From Setoptus koraiensis (Eukaryota > Animalia > Arthropoda): DNA of 64,000 bases. Numbering within the stretch: position 1 is the first letter of the stretch; the number at the start of each line of letters is the position of its first letter. Where the stretch lies: the NCBI GenBank assembly GCA_048013815.1, contig CM106585.1:4650001-4714000 (forward strand), read 5' to 3'. A program made the position numbers and the translations under genes. Below, in pieces: positions 1 through 12,647 of this stretch. The notes under the pieces are model-generated. The model saw nothing but the letters and a program-made list of their open reading frames with translations, was not told the DNA's origin and did not search any database.

Positions 1-741
1 GCATCAAGGCATCGGGGCATCGCGGCGCGGCGCGGCGCGGAGGCATCGGGGCATTATATTATATTATAGGCAGCTCTGGGGTGAGGGCGAGATGTGGCGC
101 TCGTTATAGGACGTATTGGTGTGGCGGGCCTAATTACGGGGCAAATTCAATATTGGAAATGTCTCTGAGTCTCGCCGTGTGTCTCGCCGCTGAGCGTGAC
201 TCAAGTTCATTCAACTGACAGCTCCAATCTGCGTCGGGCCGTCAGTTGAACAGCGACATGCAAATCGGCCGGCCCGTCGTAATGTCAATGTCTGCCTAAT
301 GAGATAATGAGCTCTATATGAGCTCGCTCCAGCACGCAGCTAATGGCAACAGATTGCATGAACAAACAACTCAATTCACCTGTGCTCGCCACGCAACATT
401 TCGGCAGCATCTCGCCATACGATGTCGGCGAATTTGCATCAAATCATTTGCTGCAAATGCAAATAAATCCAAATGCGACTCGTTTGGCCGCTGGCCGGCC
501 AGCGACGCAGCCTCATGTATCATCGCGGGCCATTGTTGTTGGTATTTGGAGCACAGTTACAGTGTCTTAATTATTGGGCTGCAATTTCGCTGCTCCAATG
601 ATGCAACAACGACGACAACTGCGCACAGAGCCCAATTCTTTTCGCACAATTGTGCGAAAAGAATTGGCGAAAATAGAGCAAAATTTGATCACTGTCGCCG
701 GCCGATTTGCCGCGTCCGGCCGGCGACGGAGGCGACCCACC

Positions 742-865
742 GAGCCGGCTCTAGTGGCCCGAGCGGCTCTAGTGGCCAGAGCGGCTCTAGTGGCCAGAGC
801 GGCTCTAGTGGCCCGAGCGGCTCGAACTGACCGAGCGGCCTGAGCGGCTCAAACTGACAGAGCGG
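742..865. repeat. 18-bp minisatellite (GAGCGGCTCTAGTGGCCM)
   Basis: Four near-perfect units followed by degenerate units (GAGCGGCTCGAACTGACC, GAGCGGCTCAAACTGACA). Confidence 0.9.
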
Positions 866-1050
866 CCCGGACGGCTCACAATGTCGGATGGCGCGCCAAT
901 TCAATGGCCAGTTTGGCAAATCAATCAAAAGCATGAGCGAAATTCTTGCGAAAATTGAATATCCACATGCGTTCGTGAGCTCGCCAACGAGTGGCTTCTC
1001 ATTAGGAGAGCCGGTTGTTTCTGGCCGTGAGTGTGTGTGCGAAACCATCT

Positions 1051-1345
1051 CGTTGTTGTTGCTGTTGTTGCTGCTGTCGCTGTTGTTGTTGCTGTTGTTG
1101 CTGTTGTTGTTGCTGTTGTTGCTGTTGTTGTTGCTGTTGCGGTCTCATCGGCGAGCGAGCCGACACACACAACAACAGCAGGTATAATTGCGGTAATTTG
1201 TTGTTTGTTTTTCTGCAACAACTGCCGCAACAACGGCAACAGCCTCGCCGCTTGTTGTTTGGACGGGCCGATTCTCTGGCATGTCCACAGTTGATTGGCT
1301 CTGTTGTTGTTGTTGTTGCTGTTGTTGTTGTTGTTGTTGCTGTTT
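1051..1345. repeat. Compound (TTG/CTG)n and (CAA)n microsatellite cluster
   Basis: TTG/CTG runs at about 1051-1140 and 1301-1345 with short CAA-rich pieces between; these produce the poly-L/Q/V/C ORFs in the track. Confidence 0.9.
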
Positions 1346-2449
1346 TGCTGTAGTCTTCATTTGTTGCGCCGTTGCGCAATATTCAATATTCAATTTGAAT
1401 ATTAAATGAGCACACACAACACGAGACTAATCAACATGGATGGGCTTGCAATTATATCTAATTAACATTATGCAAACAACAACAGCTGATTGAGTGCATT
1501 AACAAATGGGCTGTTATTTGTTGGCTGTTGCCATTATGTGGCCATTATATAAATATAAATATAAATTATAAATTCTCAATCTTCTCAATCTATCTTTTTA
1601 CCTGTTCAATTGATTGCGATTGTGGTTCAGTTGTGGCATGTGCTGCTGCTGCAGCAGCGCGCATATTATCATCTTAGCATCTATTATCATCACGATGATA
1701 ATAGACGAAATTATTGAAATGGGCCGCTCAATCTCACAATTGCGATCACCAGCGCGATCACAATTGCGATCGCAAGACAGATGATTATATCTTAATTCAA
1801 TTCGATCATCTCATCGGCTCATCTGGGCCAGCTCATTTTGGCGTTAAATAACAATAATGGTGCGGTCGTAATCAGCCAGACAACAGCAGCATTACATAAC
1901 ATCATAGCGCAGCGTTGCGTAACATGAACAACAACAACAACAACAAGTGGTTGTTGTCTGGTCTAACTTAATGACAGGCACGTGATTGATTAGTTTTTAT
2001 TTTCCCGACCGCGCTCGTCTCGTCGCTCGTCTCGTCCGCTCGCTCGCTTGTTCCCGCTCACCGGTCACTAGTGGTCAGCCGGCCAGTGGCCAGTGAGCCG
2101 GCCCGCGACTTGCGTCCCACTGACCACTGGTCAGTGAGCATTGTTACAAGATGGCAAATGGTGAGCACATAATTACGTAACAGCGGCAACAATTGAATTC
2201 TTTGCGGCGCTGCCTTGATTATCCGGCTAGGCCGCATCATCCCTGGTTAATGCCATGTTAATATAGCAATAATACTGCTGTAATGCAACTCAACTGCTGC
2301 AACTCAAATTAAAGCCACCGATAACAATATACGGACTTAGTGTGGCCACTCAATTAGGCGCCACAGATTGGTGGTGTGCTCAACGAGACGCGCATAAATT
2401 GATAAAAAAAAAATTCTCATTTCAAAAGTCTCAAAAGCCTTTTTTCGAC

Positions 2450-2552
2450 GAGAAGCCTTTTGAGACTTTTGCGACCTTTGAGACTTTCGAGACTTTTTGG
2501 ACTTGTGGGACTTTCGGGACTTTTGGGTTTTTTTCGGACTTTTGCGACTTTG
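2450..2552. repeat. Degenerate 9-bp minisatellite (GAGACTTTT / GGGACTTTC)
   Basis: About 11 imperfect 9-bp units visible directly. Confidence 0.8.
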
Positions 2553-2703
2553 TGCGAGCCTGGTGAGATGACCGGGCCGGCCAACTGGACGCCAGCTCGT
2601 GTTTGTCCAGTTGCCCATCCAAACTGGACCACTCCAACGGCTGATGTGTCAGTAAGCTGCTCATCACACCGCTGTTGGCGCTGTTACGTAATCACTTGTT
2701 TAT

Positions 2704-2773
2704 AATCACTGTTACGCAATCAATGTTACGCAATCACTGTTAAGCAATCACTGTTACATAATCAATGTTACAT
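2704..2773. repeat. 14-bp minisatellite (AATCACTGTTACGC)
   Basis: About 5 imperfect tandem units. Confidence 0.8.
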
Positions 2774-3042
2774 GATCATCACAGTTGAGCGCTGATTGCG
2801 CAAGATGCTAGCTGATGCAAGCGGCAACAAAAGTGCTCAGTGCACAGTTTTTGTAGGCAGTGGGGGGACTGGGCCGATCAGATCAGAGTTATCCAGAGCT
2901 AATTTTCAAGAGTTACCGAGAGTTGCCGAGATTTATCAAGAGCAGCAACAGGTTATTGCGCAACTGCGCAAGCCGGCGCGACGAGCACGAGCAAATCACA
3001 CGCAATCACGTCGCTGTTGGGATGCGTTGGCACTTGTTATGT

Positions 3043-3290
3043 AACAGTTGTTGTTGCTGTTGTTGCTGCTGGACAGAAACTGTTGCTATACATAGATCAA
3101 TATCAACTGCAATACCAACAACAATAGTAATAATAATAGCGATAATAATAGCGATAATAATAGTAATAATACCGGCGATAATGATAGTAATACTAATAAC
3201 AATAATAATGATAAAAATAATAATAATGATAACAATAGCAATAGCAGCAGTAGCGATGGCGATAATAATCCAAATCCAAATCCAAATCAT
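3043..3290. repeat. Mixed trinucleotide (TTG, TAA/ATA) low-complexity tract ending in (AAATCC)n
   Basis: Seen directly in the sequence. Confidence 0.8.
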
Positions 3291-3504
3291 GTCAGAGTTC
3301 ATGATCAGGGTCAGTTGATCAGTGAGTGACCAATGGCCAGTCATTACGGCCACTTGTTGGCCTGATCTAAATTTGCGCCATCATCGATTGCTGCTTCATT
3401 GGCTGCATTGTGTCAGCCACAGGCTGCCTGGTTGCGAGCCGACACTCTATCGGCCGAGATGGCTCAATTGCGCAATGCCAGCCAGCGTTGGCCGTCATAT
3501 TCAA

Positions 3505-3547
3505 ACGATATTCGGACGATATTCGGACGATATTCGGACGATATTCG
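3505..3547. repeat. 11-bp minisatellite (ACGATATTCGG) x4
   Basis: Perfect tandem units. Confidence 0.9.
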
Positions 3548-4314
3548 CATGATGACCACTGGTCAGCGGCGCACTGGCGGCCATTGTTAAACTTTTGCTA
3601 TCTCACAGTGTCAGTGATCGCAAGGCGCACTTAACACGCAACTGCGCTCAGTCGTTTGTCATTTGCGCCCTAGCAAAATTCACCTGTCACTTTGTGAGCG
3701 CATGATGCCAACAGCAACAGCCACTGCATCATGCTGTTGGCTCTAACAAGCTGCCGGGCCGGCCATTGTTGCCATTGTTACGCAATTAATCATGATATTG
3801 TCTTATAGAATGATCATGATTTATTTCTCATGCTTGCATCATCGACACCCTGCGCATGATTACATAACACTGCGCACATATGCACTTGTTATGCAATCAT
3901 ATCATCATAATCATGAGCCAGTTGACTTGTTACCTGTCGCAACAGGCTCAACAACAAGCGCACCGTCATGCGTCATGCAACAACAGCTGATTGGCATATA
4001 GGCTGACTGTCAGGTGGATATCAATTGATCGGCTCGGCTACCGGCGATTGTCAGCGGGCTGAGTGTGCATCGCGTGCACGAAAGCGTCCAGTGGCCGAGG
4101 CGTCGTCCAATGGACACTTCGGACACTGTCAAAACTTGTCAAAACTGGACACTGGCGCATACATAATATATAACATATAACATATAATATATAATGTATA
4201 ATATATAATGCATAATATGCGACTGTCACTGCTATGCATAAAACGAAAATAAATGCACAGTGCGCAATGTAAATGTTGTTCATTAGCCGTCGTTCGTGGC
4301 CACTTCGGGCCAAG

Positions 4315-4388
4315 TTCACCTGTTGCAGATCACCTGTCGCACATCAGCTGTTGCGGATCAGCTGTTGCGGATCAGCTGTTGCGGATCG
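4315..4388. repeat. 14-bp minisatellite (ATCAGCTGTTGCGG), one E-box per unit
   Basis: CACCTG at 4317 and 4331; CAGCTG at 4345, 4359 and 4373; period exactly 14 bp. Confidence 0.9.
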
Positions 4389-5100
4389 GCGATGGGGTCA
4401 GAGTGACCTTTTGCTTGTTTGCGACTTCCACTTATTGTTGGCATCGCCGGTGTCGCCGGTGTCGCTGGCGTCGCCGGCAGAAATTGAATTTGCTCGGCAT
4501 CGCATGCATCCTCGCCGGGGTTTTCTCGCCCGATTCAATGATTGGAGCCATTGAATCGGATCGGATCGAGCGCGTCAGATGTCATTGGCAGCGCCAATGG
4601 GTCGCTTTCACTGCGATTAGCTGCAAACAATCCAGAGAAAACGCAAACGGTGCAAAGACAACGCAATCAGTGCAGAGACAAAGCAAACAAAGGGGGCGCG
4701 ACAGTCGCCACCTTGCAGCCGTTTAAACGATTCGCAACCACATTCGCATTGAATGTCGCACCTTGTTATTACATGAATAAATTGTTTATGTGCGTGCTCT
4801 CAAGCATGCAATTAGTGATTTGATGAGCCTGATTAACTGGCCGCAATGCGCCATATATCATGCACGCATATCATCAATTTTGCACAGGTAACCTGTCAAG
4901 CTGCATCAAGTCGATGATGTGCTATGAGTGGGTGCTCACCTGGTGTCACGTAACAGCTACCTGTGCCGCGCAGTGCATGACCAAGAGAGAGCGATAACAA
5001 ACTCTGACAAGCAGAGCCAGTTAACGCTGAAGTTGTGCGATGATTCGACAATTGTCATGATATAACAACAGCGAAAATCTCATGACATTCCAGCCACTCA

Positions 5101-5182
5101 CCGGCTATATACCGGCCATATACCGGCTATATACCGGCCATATACCGGCCATATACCGGCTATATACCGGCTATGTACCGGC
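5101..5182. repeat. 11-bp quasi-palindromic minisatellite (YATATACCGGC) x7
   Basis: Seven full units, alternating TATAT/CATAT with CCGG cores. Confidence 0.9.
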
Positions 5183-5439
5183 TATATATAGATAGATATA
5201 TAGATCACATTCCGGCGATGATATTGGCGCGGCATTCAGCGACATTTCTGTCCGCCCACGCCTGCCGACTTGGCAATGCCAAGTTTTCGGGCATTTCTCG
5301 AAAGGCAAATATTAACAGATCAATAATATTAATAGATAGATTAATAGAATGATCTTGTGGCTCGCGCCTGACTGATCTCATCGGCCGGTCCTCTGACAGT
5401 CGCAACGAGCCCAGGCCTCGCGCTCAAACTCTCGCGACT

Positions 5440-5607
5440 GTCAGCTGACCGCTTACAAACGTCAGATGACCGCTTACGAATATCAGCTGACCGCTTACAA
5501 ACGTCAGATGACCGCTTACGAATGCCAGATGACAGCTTGCGAATGTCAGCTGATCGCTTGCGAATGTCAGCTGATCGCTTGCGAATGTCAGCTGATCGCT
5601 TGCGAGG
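5440..5607. repeat. 21-bp minisatellite (GTCAGMTGAYCGCTTRCGAAT) x8, one E-box per unit
   Basis: Eight units; five carry CAGCTG and three carry CAGATG. Confidence 0.92.
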
Positions 5608-7077
5608 GTGCCCAAAAGCATTATTACTGCGGATGGGATCTCTCGAGACAATGCCCACAACTTATCGTAACATCGTCGCAGCAAATGATCGACATGTTTC
5701 AATCCGATTGATATTTGTATGTTTGATTGACAGTGCCCTGGGTAGTAGATCATTTTTTTTGCTGAACAATGCGCATTGGGGACTAATTAAAATTAATCAT
5801 GTCGTCCCCGTGGTCAACAATGTTAAGCGAGTGTGTCGACTATTAATCACAGCACTCACAAGTTGTGAGTCACAAGTTTGCAATTAACTCTATCGAAAGC
5901 AAACGCGTGATCAATTATCGACGGAGCTGGCATTGTTGCGCTTGTGTCAATTGTGTCAATTGTGGCACAAGCACAACAATTGACCAAGCACCAATTTATC
6001 CAATTGATAGCTCAAATTATTGCCGCTAATCAATCTCAATCCAATCACACATTACGTAACGTCATTATTAAACATTGCACAAGTGAATTTAAGAGGTCAT
6101 TTGTGCTAGTAACACTCGCTCGCCTTGCCTCAGCTCGACTGAACTTGCGACTAACAAACTTGCAACAATGTTGCCAGCTCAACTCAAACAAATCCGTCTG
6201 ACAGATGATGTCACGATGAGCCTAAACGATGCCTCAACAAACTGGTTACGCAACAATGAAAATGTTGCTCGTCATCGTCATTGGTCGTTATTGCTAACGA
6301 CCAGCAATGAGATTGCGCGTGACCAATCAATCAGAGCTAACTGGCGGCAGCAAGTCGCTGACCATTAACTACAATGCGGGCTACCATTTAGCTCACCTGT
6401 TGATGTTTGTACGATTGTGTGTTGGTGTGTTGGTGTGTTGGTATGTTTGTGTGGTTGTGTGGTTGTTTGGTTGTTTGGTTGTTTGGTTGCTTGGCCGCTT
6501 GGTTGCGTCGTCGATGTTGCACTGAGCAACTTTGGGCCTAATTGAGCCAACGTGGCGTCGCGCAAATCGTAACGGTTGTTAGATACTCAGTTAGATAATA
6601 GAGACATCGTTGCAAGCGAGCAGAGATAATGATTAATGATAATGCGCTAATTACCGATATTCACTGATTCACCGATTCACCGATTCACTGATTGTGCCGA
6701 TTTGCTGACTCGGCCAGCCAATAATCTGTTTACTGTTTCATCGTTATTGATTGCGCCATTAAGCAATATGGCAATGGCTTAATGATGCAATTGGCCAGTC
6801 ACAATTGTGTTGTGTCCTCGCACTGGCCACTGACGCAGCCAATTAAATCTCGGACTTGACGATAATTACAGCGGGCGCCTATTTAGCGAAGCGTCTGGCG
6901 TAATTGTTCGTAATTAGCCGAGACACGGGCGGCCTTTAATTGAACGTTTCACTCTCCTGTTCAGGCTGCCGGTCAGTGATACTCACAATGACGCTCAGTG
7001 ATATTTGTGCCTGTTTGCAACTATTTGTAGCAGCTCCGTTTGCTGCAACAAGTCGCCATGCTAATTGAGTCGCCCGC

Positions 7078-7130
7078 TACCTGCTATCTGTTGCAAGTTG
7101 CTACCTGTTGCAAGTTGTTACCTGTTGCAA
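7078..7130. repeat. 17-bp minisatellite (TACCTGTTGCAAGTTGY) x3
   Basis: Units start at 7085, 7102 and 7119; TACCTG at 7078, 7102 and 7119. Confidence 0.8.
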
Positions 7131-7481
7131 GATGCCGGACAAAGGCGAGCTGCACAATTATGCTGCAATCGACAGCCTACAATGCGCGTGCCCACCGAAT
7201 GAGAGAGCACAGGTAATTGAATTGCGTCATTACGCCATCATAAATTGCCACACAGCATCACTGACCAGTTGATAATGGCCAACAACAACAACATTGCAAT
7301 GTTTGTTTGTTTGTTTGTTTGTTTGTGTGTCTCTGCTCGCAAGCAAATGAACGAATGTAACTCGACGGCGGCCACGATGGGCCTCGGGCGCATCTCGCGA
7401 TGCGGTGGTCAGCGCACATTGCGATGGACGCACAAATTTCGCTCTAAATCATGTGTCTGGCATAATTACTCTGTCGGTAAT

Positions 7482-7491
7482 TTGTTGTTGC

Positions 7492-7579
<88 letters not shown>

Positions 7580-7695
7580 GCTGCTGTTGTGAGCAAACAA
7601 ACGCACCGTATGCAACGAAGTTGCCTGTTTTGCCAGCGAAACAACAACAACGACAACAACAACAACAACAGTAACAACAACGACAACAACAGCGC
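7482..7695. repeat. (TTG)~36 microsatellite followed by an opposite-orientation (CAA)n tract
   Basis: Near-pure TTG at 7482-7590; CAA-rich at 7640-7695. Confidence 0.92.
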
Positions 7696-8904
7696 AAATG
7701 CAAATTTTCACCTTTTCACCTGTTTTCACCTGGTTGCACTCACTCGGCCCAATGTTGTCAAGTGATGTCAGTTTGTATGACATCACCCCTGTGCCAATTA
7801 ATTGCCGGCACAATTATGTGACATGTGTAATGGCAGCGCACACTTGTTTGCGATATGGACTGCGTATAATACGCAACGTATTGTTGTGCAGCATAGACAC
7901 AAAGACACCAGCAGCAACGTAATTGTGAGCAATCGAAATCACATTTGCATACTCACAGTAACTTGTCTTATTATAATAATTATAATTGTGTAATCGTAAT
8001 GATTTGTTTGCGATGCCCGGCTCGACAGCAAGCGACGCTATTATTGCCATTATTACAACTATATACGACAACTATTACATCATTGTCGTCATTTGTTTCA
8101 TTTGCATAAATGCATAAATGAAACAAATGATGATGACGACGACATTTTGCAATGACAACTTTGTTCCGTTTGGTGTCACTGTTGTCACTGGTCACTGGTT
8201 TAATTCGCTCACTGGTGCCACTTTGTGCACAGCTGACTGTCATTTCAAGCGTGCCATTGCGAATCTGCCAACTACCGGCCAGACTGACCAACAAGCAAAA
8301 AATTACGCAAATCTAATTAGATGGACTATGAGAGGCCCCTTGTGCGCCACATACGGCGTCGTCCGCGATGCCGGCAGCTGCCGCGCACTGGCCAGCGACG
8401 CATTACAAATTCATTATAATATTATAATTTTATAACATTATAATTTTACAATTTTATAACATTATAATTTTATAATGGAGAAATGGCGAAATTGTCTCGT
8501 CGCGAGTTGTTGCGCAATGTGTAGCAGTGGCTTGTTGTGGTGCGCACAGCGAACAATTCCGTGGCGCGTAAACATATACAATACACAAGGTAATTAAGGT
8601 AATCTAACTAGCAGAGCGGTGGCAAGTGGCCGAAGCGTTCGAAGCGTTCGGAGCGTTCGAGGCGTTCGGAGCGTCCGAAAAAAGCGGAAATGGCGCAGAC
8701 GGTCAGTGGCGCAAGTGGCGCTGGTGCTCGTATTCGCAGGGTCGCGTTTGAGTCAGTTGACAAGTGTCAGCTGCAGCAAAGTTGCCGAGTTGATGAGTTT
8801 GCTCGATTAGCAGTTGCGTCCAACGAGCAAATTAAAATTAATCAAGGCAGACGCGATTGTTATCGTGGCCACGCTGTGTTGCGCAAAGTCACACAAAATT
8901 ATAT

Positions 8905-8970
8905 CAAGTTATACAAAGTTGTATCAAGTCGCACAAAGTTGTATCAAGTCGCACAAAGTTGTGCAAAGTT
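8905..8970. repeat. 20-bp minisatellite (TCAAGTCGCACAAAGTTGTA)
   Basis: About 3 units with an internal 10-bp sub-period. Confidence 0.8.
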
Positions 8971-10849
8971 GCCAGTTGGCCCAGTGCAGCGCTGTCCGCT
9001 GTTGCTCAATTGTTGATCGGCGCAATTTGCCTAATTTTGCATCGTTGGCCCGTTTGAGCGCTGGCATCGCAGCACAGGTCTTATACAGCCCGAATAATAC
9101 AGCCTGGATAATACAGGTGAGCGGGCAGTTATAATTGTTGTCGCTGCGGCAACAATTGCCGCTGTTGCATAATCGTGTGTTGACACATGACGCTGGCGTT
9201 GGGGGCGACAGAATGAAAAATTGCACCAAATGCAACAGATGCAAACGTATGCAACAGCGGCAGTGTTAGCTTACGCAATTTGTAGTGGCTACAAATGACG
9301 CTTGTTGCTCGCAACTTGTTGTTGCTGTTGTTGTTCAATTGCGAAATTCAATTTGCCATTGAATTTGCCATTTGTATCATCGCCATTCGCGACTATCAAT
9401 TAATTTCAATTTGGCCACAATTCGAGCCAGCAACTCGATTTGCTGGCGGGCAGCTGGCCGGCATTAACAATGTGCAAAATGAAACAATTGCAGCGCAATA
9501 ATAATTACAATCTTTTGTTGGTCGCCCAGCCAACCAACAAAAGATTGAATCAACCAACGAGCGTATTCACGTATGAATACGCTGGCTGTTTGATTGAAAA
9601 TAATAATATTCAAGCGTTGCTATCATTGGAGATTGGCGCCATCATTGAGCCGCTACCAAGTGTGGCCCCCGGCCGGCCTGCGTGCCCCCGCCCCCCACTG
9701 GCCGTGTTTTTTATTTGATTGGTTGGCTGGAATCACAGCGGGTCATCCGATTGGCCGATCGCCATTGGTACCTATTGGTGTTGTTTGTTTGTATTTGTTT
9801 GTTTGTATATGTATTACATTAAGTTTGCCTCAATGGACAGCAACCCAGCAAAACTAGAACAATGGCTGGCGAGTTGCAACATATTATCATTATTAGCTAA
9901 TAATTGATTATTATTTCCTAGTGCGATCGTCATGACGATCGCATGTTGATTGAATCAGCCATTTTGTTGAATCGCGGCCCTCGCTCAATTGCGAGTCTCG
10001 TTGAATCTCGTCGAATCGCGTTGAATCGCGTCGAGTTGTGAGTATCGTTGAGTCGCGTTGAATTGCCAGCCGGACAAACTGTTCAGTTGAGCCAGTGGCC
10101 AGCGAAGGGGCAGCGAAATTCATTAGCAGGAATTCGTTGGGAATCGGTGCGCTGTCGGCGCATGTCGGAATTCCTCAATTTTGTTTACAACTATCACCGC
10201 TGACGCATTTGCATGTTAAATGCCACAGGTAACACATGTTACAAGTCACAACAACATAGCAGCTCGCAATATGCGCCAGCTTACAGGTGAGCAGCAGGCT
10301 CAGGTAGCAGCATGCGAGTGGCCGATGAGCCCGAGTTTATCGATCTAGTTTCGCCAACCAATTGAATGAATTGAATTCTTTGTGAGGTGCTCGTCACTGT
10401 AATGAACAGTTTATCTGTCCGTGCGCCGCCCGATGATATCTGTCGAGCCGCCACAACCACAACAGCAACCACAACAGCAACCACAGCAGCAACCACAGCA
10501 ACAACAGCAGCAACAACAAACATGAATGAGCCGCACACTTGTTGGCGCTGGCTCATCAATTGCTCCGTCGGCTCGGTCGGCTTCGTCGGCTTCGTCGAGT
10601 CCGCGCCCGAGCCGACGGAGCCGCGATTATAGGCTCGATGGAGCGGTGGTGAGTGGCGCTGCTGGCATTTAGAGCACGCTGACAAGATTGTGAGATCACT
10701 GGAGAGCCCCTCGCGAAATTAAAGTTATTTAAATGAGCCAACCACCAAACACAATAAAAGTAACTGAATTCACGAGCACACTCGCAACTTGACAGTGGCC
10801 AACAAGCAGCGCAATTGCGACCAATTTGCAGCTTTGCCACTTGTTTGCC

Positions 10850-10932
10850 AACTGACCAACAGTGAGCTGACCAAAAGTGAGCTGACCAACAGAGAGCTGA
10901 CCAACAGTGACTGTTGGACAACAGTGACTGTT
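10850..10932. repeat. 15-bp minisatellite (GAGCTGACCAACAGT)
   Basis: About 5 imperfect units. Confidence 0.75.
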
Positions 10933-11421
10933 GGTTTGTGAGCCAAAGTTAATTGATTTTCGCTGTGTCTGGCTGCTGTTGGCGTTGTTTAAAGTGGCCA
11001 CATATCATTGTTGTAGCAAAAAATGATTTCAACGGACAAAACTAATTACAAATAAATCTCGTCGCCAGTGGTTGTTGTCTCTGGCATGAGAGACGCCAAC
11101 CACTGGCCAACAAATTTAACGCTAATATCGCTTGTGAGTGTGTGTTATTGTGTGCCTGTCGACGGCCTGTGATTACCTGTGATTAGCTGTGATACTATCA
11201 CAGTGGCCACGACCATGATGACTGCATGATAACTGGTTTACAAGCGGTTTGCAGTGGCCAATTTGCAGTGGCCAATTGGGGGACCATTTAAAGTTGCAGT
11301 TGTGACTATCGTTTAGTAAACGATAGTCAACATGCTGTCGTCATGCTTCTCTGGTCGCCGATGGGCCTTCTATCCGGACGATGGGAAACAGATCAATCAC
11401 CGCATCAATTGATGCGGTGCA

Positions 11422-11620
11422 CTGTTGCTGTTGTTGCCGTTTCTGATGTTGTTGTTGTTGCTGTTGTTGGCGTTGTCGGCGTGGTTGTTGGCGTTGTTGT
11501 TGGCGTCGCAACAGCCACTGCCAGCGCCAACACTGACATCAACAACCGCGCCAACAACCACACCAACAGCAACGCCGACAACACCAACAACAACATCACA
11601 AACGGCAACAACAGCAACAA
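11422..11620. repeat. Long imperfect inverted repeat (~200-nt fold-back)
   Basis: CTGTTGCTGTTGTTGCCGTTTCTGATG (11422-11448) pairs with 11594-11620 at 25/27; GGCGTTGTCGGCGT (11469-11482) pairs with about 11571-11585; inner arms 11483-11506 and 11548-11570. Confidence 0.8.
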
Positions 11621-12284
11621 CAGCGACAACAAAGAAAAAAGAATCGTCGTTGTCACGACAACAACCGGTTGCCGCTGTTGCACTTTCAATGTTTGGTCGC
11701 ACAACGGCAACAAAAGGAAACGGCCACTCAATTTGTCATCAGCGTTAGCCAGACAAAATAACGCGCCGTGTGTGTGTGTATAGCTAAAACTTGTAACAAC
11801 TTTATCAAGTGGACACAAATAAATGCCTGCCGCGGCCAAAAATGGATCACGACGATGACGTTTGTCCGCCGTCCGCCGTCCAACTGGCCGCTGCCCACCG
11901 TCCGACTGGCAACTGCTGACATTAGCCGGTGTCAGTCTGATTGCTGGTGTCAGTGCGACGGGCACTCGGACACACGGTGCCAGTTCAACGAGCCGCTAAA
12001 TGCCACTGACCACAACCACTTTTACCTGCAACAAACGACCATTTCCTCTCTGCGACGCCGGCCTACCTGTGCCCGGCGCAAACATATCATATCAGCTAAT
12101 ATAAATATAAATATTGTCAACCGGTGACGAGCGCAAGCCAACTGCTGCCCAATGCGATGTTTATCGGCCCCCTCGGATTGACATTGAGGGCGTGCTCGTT
12201 GTATGCGATCGCATACGTTTTATACGGGGCCTGAATACTCATTTTGTGCGCTCACATGTCGCCATATCTGGCTCGAATCGCCTA

Positions 12285-12360
12285 TATTCACACTATATTC
12301 ACACCGTATTCACACTGTATTCACGCTGTATTCACACTGTATTCACACCGTATTCACACG
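12285..12360. repeat. 11-bp minisatellite (TATTCACACYG) x7
   Basis: Seven tandem units. Confidence 0.9.
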
Positions 12361-12572
12361 TGGTGGCCGTGTTCGCGTACTCGCGCCGATGTATCCGATG
12401 TTTTTTACAAATGGACAATCGAGGCCTGAATAGCATTCAGTGAATACAACCGATGCGATGCTCGTTGGTGCTGCACGGCGCTCGCACCGGCGATGATGGA
12501 ATCAATCATTGGCGGCCGTCAGTCGTTGGCTGGAGCCCGGCCGACGAGACACAAATGATCACATGATCCGGT

Positions 12573-12647
12573 CATATGACCAGCGATCATATGACCAGCG
12601 ATCGTATGACCAGCGATCGTATGACCAGCGATCATATGATCAGAGAT
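12573..12647. repeat. 15-bp minisatellite (CRTATGACCAGCGAT) x5
   Basis: Five units; three carry the CATATG E-box. Confidence 0.88.

Noticed and set aside
10691-10712. TGAGATCA bantam-like seed
   Set aside because: The remainder does not match the bantam mature sequence and I see no precursor hairpin.
742-12647. Short direct-repeat arrays as CRISPR candidates
   Set aside because: Units are head-to-tail with no unique spacers, there are no cas genes, and the context is eukaryotic.
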